From: Vicinamibacterales bacterium
Lineage (GTDB): Bacteria; Acidobacteriota; Vicinamibacteria; Vicinamibacterales; Fen-181
Direction: 5' to 3'
Assembly: GCA_041947015.1 (NCBI GenBank)
Contig: JBHGBL010000008.1
Span: 5,878-69,877 of the forward strand
Length of the DNA stretch: 64,000 nucleotides
Under the pieces are notes generated by a model. That model saw only the letters and a program-made list of their open reading frames with translations, did not search any database and was not told where the DNA came from. Of this stretch, positions 10,331 to 20,432 are shown piece by piece; the first letter of the stretch is position 1; the number at the start of each line of letters is the position of its first letter. The position numbers and the translations under genes are program-made.

Positions 10331-11636
10331 CACCGGGCGCGCAGGCGTTCCGCTCGGCGCACTCGCCGGGTTGGCGGCCTCGCTCGTGCTGGTCGCTGGG
10401 CCGGACAGAGGAACGGCGACAGTCGAGGGGCGGCAGTTCAGCTTCGAGCAGGTCGTCGCAGGCCTGAAGCATTCCGAAGCGTCCGCACGGCGGAACTCGA
10501 TGCGCCTGCTCGCCGAAGCCGGATTTCCCGAGGCCGCGGCGCCGCTGGCCGTCCTCCTCACGGACCCGGTGGAAGAAATCCAGCTCGAGGCGATCGCGAC
10601 CGAGGTGTCCTTGCTGGCGGGGAGCCGCTACCCGGCGAGGCGGAGGGTTGCCGGCCTGGTAGATGTACGCCGCGACTCCGCAGCGCAGGCCGCCTTCTGG
10701 GCAGGGCCCGGCCTTTCGCCGCTGCCGGCGCCAGTCGAGGTCGTTCGCGGGATGCTCGCCGCGATGCACGACGACAGCGCTGCCGTGCGCATCGAGGCGA
10801 CCTACGCGTTCGGTGCGCTCGCTGTTCCAGACATCGACAGGGCAGCGGCAGCCGACCTGAAAGCCGCCTTCGACCTGCTCGGCGGGCAGATGTCCGACCC
10901 CGATGCCAGGCAGCGCATGGCGGCGGCGGCAGTCGCCGGGCGCCTGCTCGAGACGTGCGGGCGCCGCTGCGTGCCGCCGGACCCTGTGGCCTTCGGCGAC
11001 CTGTTCGTTGCCGGCCTGAACGACACCGACCGCTACGTGAAGCTGAACTCCATGTGGGTTCTGGGCCTTCTGCGTCACGAGCGGGCCGTGCAGGCCCTTT
11101 CGGAGCAGCTGGCCTATTACGGGCGCGGGCTCGAGGCCGAGGCGGCCCTCGAGGCACTCGCGAGGATCGCGCACCCTTCGAGCGCGAGTACCCTCTGGTT
11201 GCAGCTGGCCTCGAAGGATGCCGGCCTGCGCCGCCGCGCGATCGAGGGAATCGGGCGCCTTGGCGACAGGACCCGTGCCGCGGAGCTCGAGGCCGCTGCT
11301 TCGCGCGAGAGCGATGCTGCAACCAACCTCGCTGTAGCCTTCGCCTTCCAGATGCTGCGCCAGGGGTCATACCTGGACCGGTTCATCGAGGCCGCCTACA
11401 GGGCGGACACCCGCGAGCAGGCACGGCAGTACCTGGTTGAACTCGGACCGTCGATAGTCGATTCCCTCGTGTTGTACCTCCGTGACCCGTCGCCCGAAGT
11501 CCGCGCACTCGTGGCCGACGTCGTCGGACGCACCGGCTCGCCGTCGGCTGCCGCTGCGCTCGCGCCGCTCCGAGACGACCCGGATCGCGCGGTTTCAGCC
11601 GCAGCAACTCGCGCCCTCGCGCGGTTGATGCGGTAG
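10320..11636 (+). CDS. HEAT-repeat protein with N-terminal signal/anchor
   Basis: Repeated L.D....VR..A..ALG helical units. Overlaps the uvrA stop. Confidence 0.8.
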   Translation: MIRDTGRAGVPLGALAGLAASLVLVAGPDRGTATVEGRQFSFEQVVAGLKHSEASARRNSMRLLAEAGFPEAAAPLAVLLTDPVEEIQLEAIATEVSLLAGSRYPARRRVAGLVDVRRDSAAQAAFWAGPGLSPLPAPVEVVRGMLAAMHDDSAAVRIEATYAFGALAVPDIDRAAAADLKAAFDLLGGQMSDPDARQRMAAAAVAGRLLETCGRRCVPPDPVAFGDLFVAGLNDTDRYVKLNSMWVLGLLRHERAVQALSEQLAYYGRGLEAEAALEALARIAHPSSASTLWLQLASKDAGLRRRAIEGIGRLGDRTRAAELEAAASRESDAATNLAVAFAFQMLRQGSYLDRFIEAAYRADTREQARQYLVELGPSIVDSLVLYLRDPSPEVRALVADVVGRTGSPSAAAALAPLRDDPDRAVSAAATRALARLMR

Positions 11637-11653
11637 CGATAGAAGCGCCAACA

Positions 11654-12316
11654 GTGGGTACGCTGCCGAGAAGCTTCTACCTGAGGCCCACACTGGTCGT
11701 CGCCGCCGAGCTCCTCGGCAAGGTTCTGGTCCACTCGACGGATGACGGCGTCACTGCGGGCGTCATTGTCGAAGCCGAGGCCTACATCGGAGAAGAGGAC
11801 CCTGCCTGCCACGCGGCTGCCGGTCCCACGCCGCGCAACCAGCCGCTCTACGGCCCGCCGGGATTCGCCTACGTGTACTTCAACTACGGCGTTCACTATC
11901 TGACCAACGCGGTGACCGAGGCTGAAGGTTCGCCGGCTGCGGTGCTCCTGCGGGCGCTGGACCCGATAGACGGCCTCGAGCTGATGGCGGTCCGCCGCGC
12001 CGCGTTCGACCGTCGAAGGTCGAACGCAGCGGGGACGGCCCCACGCAGTCTGCCCGGTGCGCGCCATGACCTGTGCCGGGGGCCTGGGAACCTCTCGCGG
12101 GCCATGGGAATAACCCTGCGGCAGAACCGCGCGGATCTCTGTGCGAGCTCGTTGAGGATCGAGGATCGCGGCCTCGACGCGGGCACCGTCGCCTGGTCGA
12201 CCCGCATTGGAATCTCGGTTGGAACCGAACGCCGCTGGCGATGCTTCATCGCCGGCCACCCGGCGGTGTCCGGCCCGCGCGCGCCTGTCTTCCGCTATGT
12301 ACCTGCCGGCCCTTGA
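11654..12316 (+). CDS. mpg: 3-methyladenine DNA glycosylase (AAG/MPG family)
   Basis: IVEAEAY.G..DPACHA, YVYFNYGVH, AVLLRAL, GPGNL..AMGI, RIGIS. Confidence 0.93.
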   Translation: MGTLPRSFYLRPTLVVAAELLGKVLVHSTDDGVTAGVIVEAEAYIGEEDPACHAAAGPTPRNQPLYGPPGFAYVYFNYGVHYLTNAVTEAEGSPAAVLLRALDPIDGLELMAVRRAAFDRRRSNAAGTAPRSLPGARHDLCRGPGNLSRAMGITLRQNRADLCASSLRIEDRGLDAGTVAWSTRIGISVGTERRWRCFIAGHPAVSGPRAPVFRYVPAGP

Positions 12317-12395
12317 TCATTGTTCGGATTCTGCGGGCGCTTGTTTCCGTCTCCGGAACAATGGCGCAAGCGACACCGCGACGTGACGGCCTTGA

Positions 12396-12935
12396 TCAGC
12401 GACCGCTGTAAGGGCAGGAGCCGAGCGCCCTGCCTACCGCCAAGATCGTCGTCCAGCTGCGGTTGGTGCTCGGGATTCCGAAGAGTGTGTCGACGGTTGC
12501 GAGATGGGCGATCGCCTTCATGCGACGGCGGTACCGCCCGAACACGAATCTGCCCTGTCGCCCGAGGACCTGCAGTACCCATTCGCCGTCGGAAGGGATA
12601 CTGAGAGGCAAGTCCGGCTCGCGGCGGAGGCGGCCGCACAGGACGTTGACGAAACGGATCACGTCCTGCTGCACCAGCTCCTCGGCGAAGGGGTCGCGAG
12701 CGATCAGCCGGGCAACGTCCCGGCCCCGGCAGATCGCCATGTCGGCTTCGAAGGGCAGCCTGCGCGTCAGTTCTGCACGGAGTTCGGCCGAGGTCATTGC
12801 GCTGCGGAAAACGAAAGTGCCTGCCGCGCCGATGTTGACGGCCCCGAGGTGCTCGAGGTCCCTGGCAAGGGCTGCGGGCCGGAACGTCCGGTGGCCGCCG
12901 ACGTTCACGCCTCTCAGGAAAGCAACGATTGCCAT
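12396..12935 (-). CDS. DUF1697 family protein
   Basis: N-terminal VAFLRGVNVGG and C-terminal TNRSWTT. Confidence 0.85.
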   Translation of the reverse strand: MAIVAFLRGVNVGGHRTFRPAALARDLEHLGAVNIGAAGTFVFRSAMTSAELRAELTRRLPFEADMAICRGRDVARLIARDPFAEELVQQDVIRFVNVLCGRLRREPDLPLSIPSDGEWVLQVLGRQGRFVFGRYRRRMKAIAHLATVDTLFGIPSTNRSWTTILAVGRALGSCPYSGR

Positions 12936-13044
12936 CGGCCAGCCCGTCTCTTCTTGTGCGTTGCGTCGGGGCGGGAAGCAGCGCGCGTAGAACCCCACCG
13001 CGCGGCTTGCAGGAGCCCGCAGACCTGCAGAGCGAGGCCCGCGT

Positions 13045-14226
13045 TCACCGCCCGCGTGTGCCGCTGGCGACCCGGACCTTGAGCTCCATCAGCTTGCCGT
13101 TCCTCAGGATCCCGATGCTCGCAATCGAGCCGATGGGCGCGTCGGCAATGAACCTCAGGAACTGCGACGGGTTGTCCACCGGCTGGCCGTTGACCGAGAC
13201 TATGACGTCCCAGCGCCGGAAGCCGTTGTCGTAGGCACGCTGCCCGAGACCCCACACGACCGCGCCGCGCGCGTCCTTCGTCCCCAGCTGCTCCACCAGT
13301 TGGGGCGTGAGGGGCGCAACCTGCATCGCGCCGATCGATCCACGCCGCACCTCGCCGTACTTGAGAAGGTCGTCGATCACGCGACGAGCGAGGTTGCTCG
13401 GAACCGCAAAACCGATCCCCTGGTAACCGCCGCTCTCGCTGTAGATCGCCGTGTTGATGCCAATCAACTGACCGCTCGCGTCGACGAGCGCGCCTCCCGA
13501 GTTCCCCGGGTTGATTGCGGCGTCGGTCTGGATGAAGTCTTCGTAGTCCGCGATGTTGAGGTTCGCGCGGCCCACCGCGCTGATGATCCCGAGCGTCACC
13601 GTCTGATTCAGCTGGAACGGACTCCCGATGGCGAGCACCCACTGACCCACTCGCAGCCTGCTCGAGTCGCCCCACGGGACCGGCTTCACGCCCTTCACGT
13701 CCAGCTTGAGGAGAGCGATGTCCGTCATCGGGTCCGCCCCGATCAGGGTGCCGCGAACCTCCTGCCTGTCGGCAACGACAGCCGTTATCTCGCGCACGTT
13801 CTCCCCGACAACGTGGCTGTTTGTGACGACGTAGCCGTCGTTGCTTATCAGGACGCCGGAACCGAGGCTGTACGACCGGCGGTCCTGTTCGGGGAAGATG
13901 TCGTCGCCGAAGAAGTAGCGGAAGAACGGATCGTTGGCGAACGGCGATGCCGACCGGCGCACCACCTGCAGCGACGACACGTTGACGACGCCCGAAACCG
14001 CCCTGGCGGCGACCTCAGCGAAATCGGGTGCGCCACGGGGAGGCGCGACCGACTGCTCCGCGGAGGCCGGCGCTTCAGCGGCATCCGGCTGGGCGGATTG
14101 GGAAGCCTGCGAGCCGCCGGCGCCCGCGGCGCTGCTCGCGTCCGAGGTGCCGAGGCGCCCCGTCATGACGAGCCCGGCCACGAAGCCTGCGAGGACGAGG
14201 ACGAGGGAGACGGTAAATCGCTTCAC
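13045..14226 (-). CDS. HtrA/DegP-family serine protease with one PDZ domain
   Basis: Catalytic triad TNSHV, TDIALL, GNSGG. FIQTDAAINPG. N-terminal TM/signal. Confidence 0.93.
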   Translation of the reverse strand: MKRFTVSLVLVLAGFVAGLVMTGRLGTSDASSAAGAGGSQASQSAQPDAAEAPASAEQSVAPPRGAPDFAEVAARAVSGVVNVSSLQVVRRSASPFANDPFFRYFFGDDIFPEQDRRSYSLGSGVLISNDGYVVTNSHVVGENVREITAVVADRQEVRGTLIGADPMTDIALLKLDVKGVKPVPWGDSSRLRVGQWVLAIGSPFQLNQTVTLGIISAVGRANLNIADYEDFIQTDAAINPGNSGGALVDASGQLIGINTAIYSESGGYQGIGFAVPSNLARRVIDDLLKYGEVRRGSIGAMQVAPLTPQLVEQLGTKDARGAVVWGLGQRAYDNGFRRWDVIVSVNGQPVDNPSQFLRFIADAPIGSIASIGILRNGKLMELKVRVASGTRGR

Positions 14227-14290
14227 GCGTACAGGGTAGCGGCAGAGCGGCGGGCGTGACAAGTTGTCGGCCTTCGAGAGCGCTGCGCGC

Positions 14291-14689
14291 TTATTCGATC
14301 TCGATCCGCCGCGGAGGGAATTTCGGGATGGTGATTGTGACCAGGCCGTCCTCGAGCTCCGCGGCCACCCGATCCGGATCGCACGATTGCGGGATAGCGA
14401 AGGTGCGGCCGAAGTGGCCGTGCCCGCGCTCTACCTGGTGGTACTGCTCGCAGCAGACACGCTCCTTGGGCCGGCGGCCTCTCAGTGTCAGCTTGCCGTC
14501 CTGAAGCTGTACCTGGAAGTCGTCTCGTCCGAGCCCGGGGAGTTCGGCGGTGATGACGTAGCGATCGCGCGTCTCGTAGATGTCCACGGGCGGGACCCAG
14601 CCGGCGGCCTCGTTGGAGCTGCCCATCCGGCTCATCCGTTCGTGGAGGGCGATCAAGTCCTGGAGCGGATCCCAGCGCGCAAAAGCCAC
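14291..14689 (-). CDS. Hsp20/alpha-crystallin small heat shock protein
   Basis: WVPPVDIYET, AELPG, ERGHGHFGRTF, DGLVTITIPK. GTG start inferred. Confidence 0.9.
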   Translation of the reverse strand: MAFARWDPLQDLIALHERMSRMGSSNEAAGWVPPVDIYETRDRYVITAELPGLGRDDFQVQLQDGKLTLRGRRPKERVCCEQYHQVERGHGHFGRTFAIPQSCDPDRVAAELEDGLVTITIPKFPPRRIEIE

Positions 14690-14806
14690 AGGCCATCGTA
14701 GCACAGGGCCGGTCAAGCCGCGACCGCCGGGCGATCGCTCAAGTTGTGCTAGGATTCGATGGATCTGGGTTTGAAGGGAACCGGCGGCAAGGCCAGCAAA
14801 GCGACC

Positions 14807-15370
14807 ATGGCAACGATACAAGCAACGCGACTCAGAAAGGGGATGCTGATCAAGCTCGGGTCCGAGCTCTTCCGGATTCTCGACTTGCAGCATGTCACCC
14901 CGGGCAACCTGCGGGGCTTCGTCCGCGTGCGCCTGCGCAACATACGGACAGGAACTCTCTCGGACCAGAAGCTGCGGTCGGAGGACGCCATCGAGCGCGA
15001 GACGCTCGATGAGAAGGAGATGCAGTACCTTTACCGAGACGGCTCATCGTTCCACTTCATGGACACGTCCTCCTACGAGCAGATCCAGCTCTCCGACGAG
15101 GTCCTCGGCGAAGCTGTCAACTACCTGGTGCCGGAGGCGCTCGTGCAGATGGAGTTCTACGGCAACGAGCCGGTCGGAATCGAGCTGCCGCAGACCGTGG
15201 ACCTGCGAGTCGAGGAGACCGCTCCGGGCATCAAGGGCGCCACGGCCAGCGCACAGGTCAAGCCGGCGCGGCTCGAGACCGGGCTGGTAGTCCAGGTGCC
15301 TGCTTTCATCAACAACGGCGACCTCGTTCGCGTGAACACCGAGACCGGAGAGTACCAGTCTCGGGCCTGA
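14807..15370 (+). CDS. efp: Translation elongation factor P
   Basis: HVTPGNLRGFV, MQYLY, FMD..SYEQ, KPARLETG..VQVPAFI, TGEY..RA. Confidence 0.95.
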   Translation: MATIQATRLRKGMLIKLGSELFRILDLQHVTPGNLRGFVRVRLRNIRTGTLSDQKLRSEDAIERETLDEKEMQYLYRDGSSFHFMDTSSYEQIQLSDEVLGEAVNYLVPEALVQMEFYGNEPVGIELPQTVDLRVEETAPGIKGATASAQVKPARLETGLVVQVPAFINNGDLVRVNTETGEYQSRA

Positions 15371-15379
15371 AAGCCGGTA

Positions 15380-15958
15380 ATGGACGTCCCACAGAATCGG
15401 ACGGGCTGGATCGAAGTCATAACCGGCAGCATGTTCAGCGGCAAGAGCGAGGAGCTGATCCGTCGCCTGCGGCGCGCGCAGATTGCCCGCCAGAAGGTGC
15501 AGATCTTCAAGCCGCTCTTCGACACCCGCTTCAGCGAGAACCACATCGTCTCGCACAGCGAAATGCGGATACCTTCCGAGGGCGTCGCGAGGTCGGCCGA
15601 CCTGCTGCAATTCGTCCGAGGGGACACCGAGGTGGTGGGGATAGACGAGGGGCAGTTCTTCGACCAGGATCTCCCGGCCGTCTGCAACGCCCTCGCGAAC
15701 ACAGGCAAGCGCGTGATCGTGGCCGGCCTCGATCAGGACTACCTGGGCCGGCCTTTCGACCCGATGCCGCAGCTACTGGCCATAGCGGAATACATCACGA
15801 AGACGCTGGCGATCTGCATGGTGTGCGGCGGGCCGGCAAACCACACCCAGCGGCTGGTGGCGAGCAGCGACAGGGTGCTTCTCGGGGCGCAGGGTACCTA
15901 CGAGGCCCGATGCCGGCGCTGCTTCGACCCGATGCTGGCTGTGCCCTCGAAGGCCTGA
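15380..15958 (+). CDS. tdk: Thymidine kinase
   Basis: [28 protein letters not shown]...YEARCRRC. Confidence 0.95.
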   Translation: MDVPQNRTGWIEVITGSMFSGKSEELIRRLRRAQIARQKVQIFKPLFDTRFSENHIVSHSEMRIPSEGVARSADLLQFVRGDTEVVGIDEGQFFDQDLPAVCNALANTGKRVIVAGLDQDYLGRPFDPMPQLLAIAEYITKTLAICMVCGGPANHTQRLVASSDRVLLGAQGTYEARCRRCFDPMLAVPSKA

Positions 15959-16019
15959 AACGGGAATCCGGCTGTGAAGTCCGGTCACGGGGTCACAAAG
16001 GCGCGAAGAGGCCCCTGAA

Positions 16020-16595
16020 ATGACCCTCGAGAGCATTCTGTCGCTCGTCCTCCTTCTCCTCGGGTTCGGGTTCCTGGTGGCCAACCTCCGCGTGGCAATC
16101 GATCTGTGGTCCTACCTTCGCCGCAGGCCACGCGCGCTGCTCGTGTGGCCGCCGCCGCGGCCGCCCTTCTACAGCATGCTGATAGCGATCGGAGTGGCTC
16201 TCGGCCTCCTGATCGCCTATAACCTGGCTCTCGGGCAGGTGGACTCGATGGTCCTCTTCGGCGAGGGGATGATGTTCCTGTACTACGCGGCCGGGGTGCC
16301 GCTCGCCAGGCGGATCAAGCGCGGCTTCTACGCCGATGGCATCTGGGCCGAGCGCGGATTCATACGCTACGCGAGCATCGACGGCATAAGCTGGCGAGAC
16401 GCGGACAGCGATGGCGGGAACGCGACGCTGCTCCTGATCTCGCGCTTCAAGAACTTCGCGCGGCGGCTGGGAGTCCCGGGGCCTTCACAAGGAGCCGCGC
16501 GCCGCCTGCTTCGCGACAAGATTCGCGCTCACGACATCCGCTACAGGGGCCCGGGCCTCGACCTCGGCGGGCACGACGAGAGAGAGGACGTTTGA
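16020..16595 (+). CDS. Hypothetical membrane protein
   Basis: Three hydrophobic segments followed by a soluble PH-like tail (GFYADGIW). Confidence 0.7.
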   Translation: MTLESILSLVLLLLGFGFLVANLRVAIDLWSYLRRRPRALLVWPPPRPPFYSMLIAIGVALGLLIAYNLALGQVDSMVLFGEGMMFLYYAAGVPLARRIKRGFYADGIWAERGFIRYASIDGISWRDADSDGGNATLLLISRFKNFARRLGVPGPSQGAARRLLRDKIRAHDIRYRGPGLDLGGHDEREDV

Positions 16596-16656
16596 CTGGA
16601 CCCACCCGAGTTCCCGCTCCGTGCCTTCGCGTCTTCGTGGCCCCGTAGTTCCCGAT

Positions 16657-17556
16657 TCACCTAGCCGCCCGCTTCTTCCGCTCTGCCGCGCGTTCGCGCT
16701 CGCTGACGGCCCGGCTGCCAGCGGCGCGCCGGCTCGCTGCCGGACGCTCGATCCCCGCGCGCGCAGGCCTCTTCTTCCCTGCGCTGACCTGGTCCAGGCT
16801 CTTCCGAAGGGCGTCCATCAGGTTCACGACGCGCGGGGGCGCCTCTTCGGGCGGCGCGACCACCTCCTGGCCCTCCACCTTCGCGGCGATGATTCGCCGC
16901 AGGCCCTCCTGGTACTCGTCCTTGTACTCGGACAGATCCAGGTCGCTCTCGAAGGTCTGTATCACCTGCCGCGCGAGCGCCGCTTCTTGAGGCTTGACCT
17001 CGGACGGCACCGACCGGAGCTCATCGATCGCGTCCATCGACCGCACTTCGGCCGCATGGTGGAGTGTGTACATCACCAGTCCCCGTTCACGCGGCCGGAT
17101 CGCCACGAGGTACTCCCGCCCATAGAGGGCGAGCTTGCCTATTCCGGCCTTGCCCTGCATGCCCTCGCGCATGACGGCGAAGGCGTCCGAAGCCACCTGG
17201 CCGTCGGGGGCAAGATAGTACGAGCGGTCCACGTAGATCGGGTCGATCGCGGCGTCATCGGTGAACTGCACCAGGTTGATCACGCGTGTGGACTCGGCGC
17301 GGACCTTCTTCAGGTCCTCTTCGGTCACGACGACGTAGTGGCCCTTGTCGAACTCGTAACCTTTCACTACTTCGGATATCGGCACCTCGCGCTCGCAGTG
17401 CGGGCACCAGCGCTTCTGCTGGATGCGCGTCTGACACTCGGCGTGCAGCTGGTTGAAGGAGATGGTGGCCGACGCCTCGCTCGCGGGGAACACCTTGATC
17501 GGGATGTTGACGAGGCTGACCTTCAGGAAGCCCTTCCACGTGGGGCGCGCGGACAT
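16657..17556 (-). CDS. ku: Non-homologous end-joining protein Ku
   Basis: RPTWKG.L..SLVNIPIK, ISFNQLH, VKGYE, IDPIY..RSYYLAP, YKDEY, VVNLMDALRKS, basic tail. Confidence 0.95.
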   Translation of the reverse strand: MSARPTWKGFLKVSLVNIPIKVFPASEASATISFNQLHAECQTRIQQKRWCPHCEREVPISEVVKGYEFDKGHYVVVTEEDLKKVRAESTRVINLVQFTDDAAIDPIYVDRSYYLAPDGQVASDAFAVMREGMQGKAGIGKLALYGREYLVAIRPRERGLVMYTLHHAAEVRSMDAIDELRSVPSEVKPQEAALARQVIQTFESDLDLSEYKDEYQEGLRRIIAAKVEGQEVVAPPEEAPPRVVNLMDALRKSLDQVSAGKKRPARAGIERPAASRRAAGSRAVSERERAAERKKRAAR

Positions 17557-17653
17557 GAGTACCTTCCTCCCGGGCCGTCGCTGCCCGGAGCGGGCCTACT
17601 TCGTTCCTACAGCAACAGGAAACCCTCTTTCTACAGTAACAGGGAAGGCGCCC

Positions 17654-17851
17654 CTACAGCAGCTTTTCGATCAACCAGCCGATCAGCCCGGAGCCGCTTG
17701 CCGTCGGGTCCCCGAGCCAGGCCGGCGGCGTCAGCCAGACGAAGGCGAGGATGGCGATGACCATCAGGTCGTACTGCCAAGATCCCCGTTCGTAGAGCCA
17801 GAGGAAGGAGCGCCAGAGGACGAGCGCCGGTACAGTGTAGACCTGCTTCAT
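17654..17851 (-). CDS. Small conserved-looking membrane protein
   Basis: W.YERGSWQYDLMV..ILAFVWLTP. Starts immediately after the stop of the 18482 gene. Confidence 0.75.
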   Translation of the reverse strand: MKQVYTVPALVLWRSFLWLYERGSWQYDLMVIAILAFVWLTPPAWLGDPTASGSGLIGWLIEKLL

Positions 17852-17852
17852 T

Positions 17853-18482
17853 TCAGGTCCCCCTGACGAGGCGCTCCGCGAGGTCCTGCTCGGGGCGGCG
17901 CCCGCCGCTCGACTCGCGCCACGTGTAGTAGATGCGGGCGCCGACCGTGACGATCGAAAGCACGAGGATCACCCAGAGCACGGCAGCCATGCGGTTCGTG
18001 AAGGCGCCGATCATGAACAGCACGATCCGCTCGGGCCGCTCCATGAAGCCGACCTTGCACTTCGGGATTATCGACTCTGCCCGCGCCCTCGTGTAGCTCG
18101 TCATCACCGAGAACATCATCGCGAGGGCGGAGATGATCACGTAGTCGGTGCGGCCCAGCTCGGCGTAGAGGTATATGAGGCCGATGAAGAGAGTTATGTC
18201 CGAGAATCGGTCCATCACCGAGTCCCAGAAACCGCCGAAGGGCGTATCGAAGTGCGTCTCGCGCGCTACCTTTCCATCTATGTAATCGAAGATGTTGGCG
18301 ACGATCATCAGCACGCCGGCCAGGAGGAAACGGTGGAGCCCCAGGGCCCACGCCGCCAGCACGTTGACGATGACACCCGCCAGGGTGAGGACGTTGGGGT
18401 GGACGCCAAGCGCGATGGAGACGCGGATTACCCCGCGGAGGGGATAGCCCACGATCGTTCCGATGGCGCCTGTGAAGGTCAT
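17853..18482 (-). CDS. CDP-alcohol phosphatidyltransferase family protein
   Basis: HPN.LT and DYIDGKVAR...GGFWDSVMDRFSD signature. Confidence 0.92.
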   Translation of the reverse strand: MTFTGAIGTIVGYPLRGVIRVSIALGVHPNVLTLAGVIVNVLAAWALGLHRFLLAGVLMIVANIFDYIDGKVARETHFDTPFGGFWDSVMDRFSDITLFIGLIYLYAELGRTDYVIISALAMMFSVMTSYTRARAESIIPKCKVGFMERPERIVLFMIGAFTNRMAAVLWVILVLSIVTVGARIYYTWRESSGGRRPEQDLAERLVRGT

Positions 18483-18561
18483 ACGGCCGCGCCGGGCCGG
18501 ATTGGGCGTCCGTTATAATGGCTGTACCGCCTGCCGGCCCGCAAGCGCGCAATACTATTCC

Positions 18562-20397
18562 ATGCCGATCCAGGAACTCAAGGCCCAGATTGCCCGTCTC
18601 CCGGCGCAGCCTGGCGTCTACCTCTTCTCGAACGCCGAGGGCGAGACGGTCTACGTGGGCAAGGCCCGCTCGCTCAGGGACCGTGTTCGGAGCTACCTCG
18701 CGGCGGCCGGCGCGGACCCCAAGACGGACGCTCTGCTCTCTGAGGCCGACGGCCTGGAGTTCATCCTGACCGACTCGGTGGTCGAGGCGCTCGCCCTCGA
18801 GAATCACCTCATCAAGCAGCGGATGCCACGTTACAACATCCTGCTGCGCGACGACAAGAACTACCCCTACCTCAGGCTGACCACGTCGGAAGCCTTTCCA
18901 AGGGTCCTCGTGGCCAGGCGGGTGGAGCGTGACGGCGACTACTATGCCGGTCCGTTCCTGCCCGCGCACTTCGCGCGAAAGACGATGGGCCTGACGCATC
19001 GGTTGTTCGGCATCAGGTCGTGCAACGAGGAGATAACCGGCAGGCGCGGCCGCCCGTGCCTGGAATTCGACATCGGCCGGTGTGTCGCCCCGTGCGTCGC
19101 GTCGCTCTGTTCGCGGGAGCGCTACGCGCAAGCGGTCTCAGACACGAAGCTGTTCCTCGAGGGGCGTAACGACGAGCTGGTCCAGGCCCTCCGAGGGCGA
19201 ATGAACGAGGCGGCGGCCGGCGAGCGCTACGAGGAGGCGGCCCACCTGCGCGACGCCATGAGGACGGTCGAAGCGCTCCGGGACCGCCAGCAGAAGATGT
19301 CCACGCCGCGGCTGGGCGACCGCGACGCCTTCGGGCTCAAGGTCGGGCCTGCCGGCGGCGTCATCCACGTCTTCCAGGTGAGGAGCGGGCGCGTTGTCGA
19401 GCGCGTCGAGCTCTCGGCTGAAGGCGGCGTCGGGGTGGAGGCCGAGAGGGAAGTGCTCCAGGCGGCGCTGCAGCAGTTCTACGAGGCGCGCGAGGTGCCG
19501 CCGGTCGTACATGTGCCGCTCGAGATCGAGGAACCGTCTGCGGTCGAGCAGTGGCTCTCGTCGCGAACTGGCCGCAGGGTGAAGCTCGTCGTCCCGCGGC
19601 GGGGCGACAGCAGGGGACTCCTGGACCTCGCGGCCCGGAACGCGGCCGCGGGCTACGACCTTCGCTTCAACCAGGCTGCGCTCGCCGAGTACGACGCCCT
19701 CGAGAAGCTGCGTGCAACCCTCGGCCTCCCGGCGGTGCCACGCAGGATCGAGTGCTTCGACGTCTCGACCATCCAAGGGAGCGAAACCGTCGCATCGCTG
19801 GTGGTGTGCGAGGACGGCCGCATGCGCCGAAGCGAGTACCGCAAGTTCAGGATTCGCGGGAGCGGCGGGGAAACCGGGAGGATCGCGGACGACTTCGCGG
19901 CCATGCGGGAAGTCATCCTCCGCCGCTTCCGCCGGCTCCTCGAATCGGGCGGCGATTTCCCGGATCTAGTTGTCGTGGACGGCGGAAGGGGCCACCTTTC
20001 CTCGGCCTACCAGGCGCTTTCCGCCATCGGGCTCGCGAGACTGGCCGTCGTCGGGCTTGCCAAGAAGGAGGAGAGGATCTACACGCGCGATGATCCGGAT
20101 CCCATCGCCCTGGACGGCAGGGATCCCGCCCTTCGCCTGCTCCAGCGTATACGCGACGAGGCGCATCGCTTCGCGGTGGCCTACCACCGGACCGCGAGAC
20201 GCAGGCGCGACCTGAAATCGGAGATGGACGGGGTGGCCGGGATAGGTCCCCGGCGGCGGCGGAAACTGCTGGAGAGGTTCGGCAGCGTTGCAGGCGTCAG
20301 GAGGGCCAGCAGGGAAGAACTGGTTGCGGCGATCGGCGCCCGCGCCGCCGATTCCGTTCTGCGGTACTTCGCTGGAAGTACCCGGAGCGGTTTTTGA
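18562..20397 (+). CDS. uvrC: Excinuclease ABC subunit C
   Basis: PGVY...YVGKA..LR.RV.SY GIY-YIG domain, RIECFDVS, VDGG.G, RDEAHRFA, HhH tail. Confidence 0.96.
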   Translation: MPIQELKAQIARLPAQPGVYLFSNAEGETVYVGKARSLRDRVRSYLAAAGADPKTDALLSEADGLEFILTDSVVEALALENHLIKQRMPRYNILLRDDKNYPYLRLTTSEAFPRVLVARRVERDGDYYAGPFLPAHFARKTMGLTHRLFGIRSCNEEITGRRGRPCLEFDIGRCVAPCVASLCSRERYAQAVSDTKLFLEGRNDELVQALRGRMNEAAAGERYEEAAHLRDAMRTVEALRDRQQKMSTPRLGDRDAFGLKVGPAGGVIHVFQVRSGRVVERVELSAEGGVGVEAEREVLQAALQQFYEAREVPPVVHVPLEIEEPSAVEQWLSSRTGRRVKLVVPRRGDSRGLLDLAARNAAAGYDLRFNQAALAEYDALEKLRATLGLPAVPRRIECFDVSTIQGSETVASLVVCEDGRMRRSEYRKFRIRGSGGETGRIADDFAAMREVILRRFRRLLESGGDFPDLVVVDGGRGHLSSAYQALSAIGLARLAVVGLAKKEERIYTRDDPDPIALDGRDPALRLLQRIRDEAHRFAVAYHRTARRRRDLKSEMDGVAGIGPRRRRKLLERFGSVAGVRRASREELVAAIGARAADSVLRYFAGSTRSGF

Positions 20398-20423
20398 CAG
20401 TCCAAGTGCCGCGATGTTAGCCT
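20394..20423 (+). promoter_or_regulatory. Sigma70 promoter for the site-2 protease/trpS/scpAB cluster
   Basis: TTGACA-18 nt-TAGCCT with an extended -10 TG. Confidence 0.55.
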
Positions 20424-20432
20424 GATTGACCT

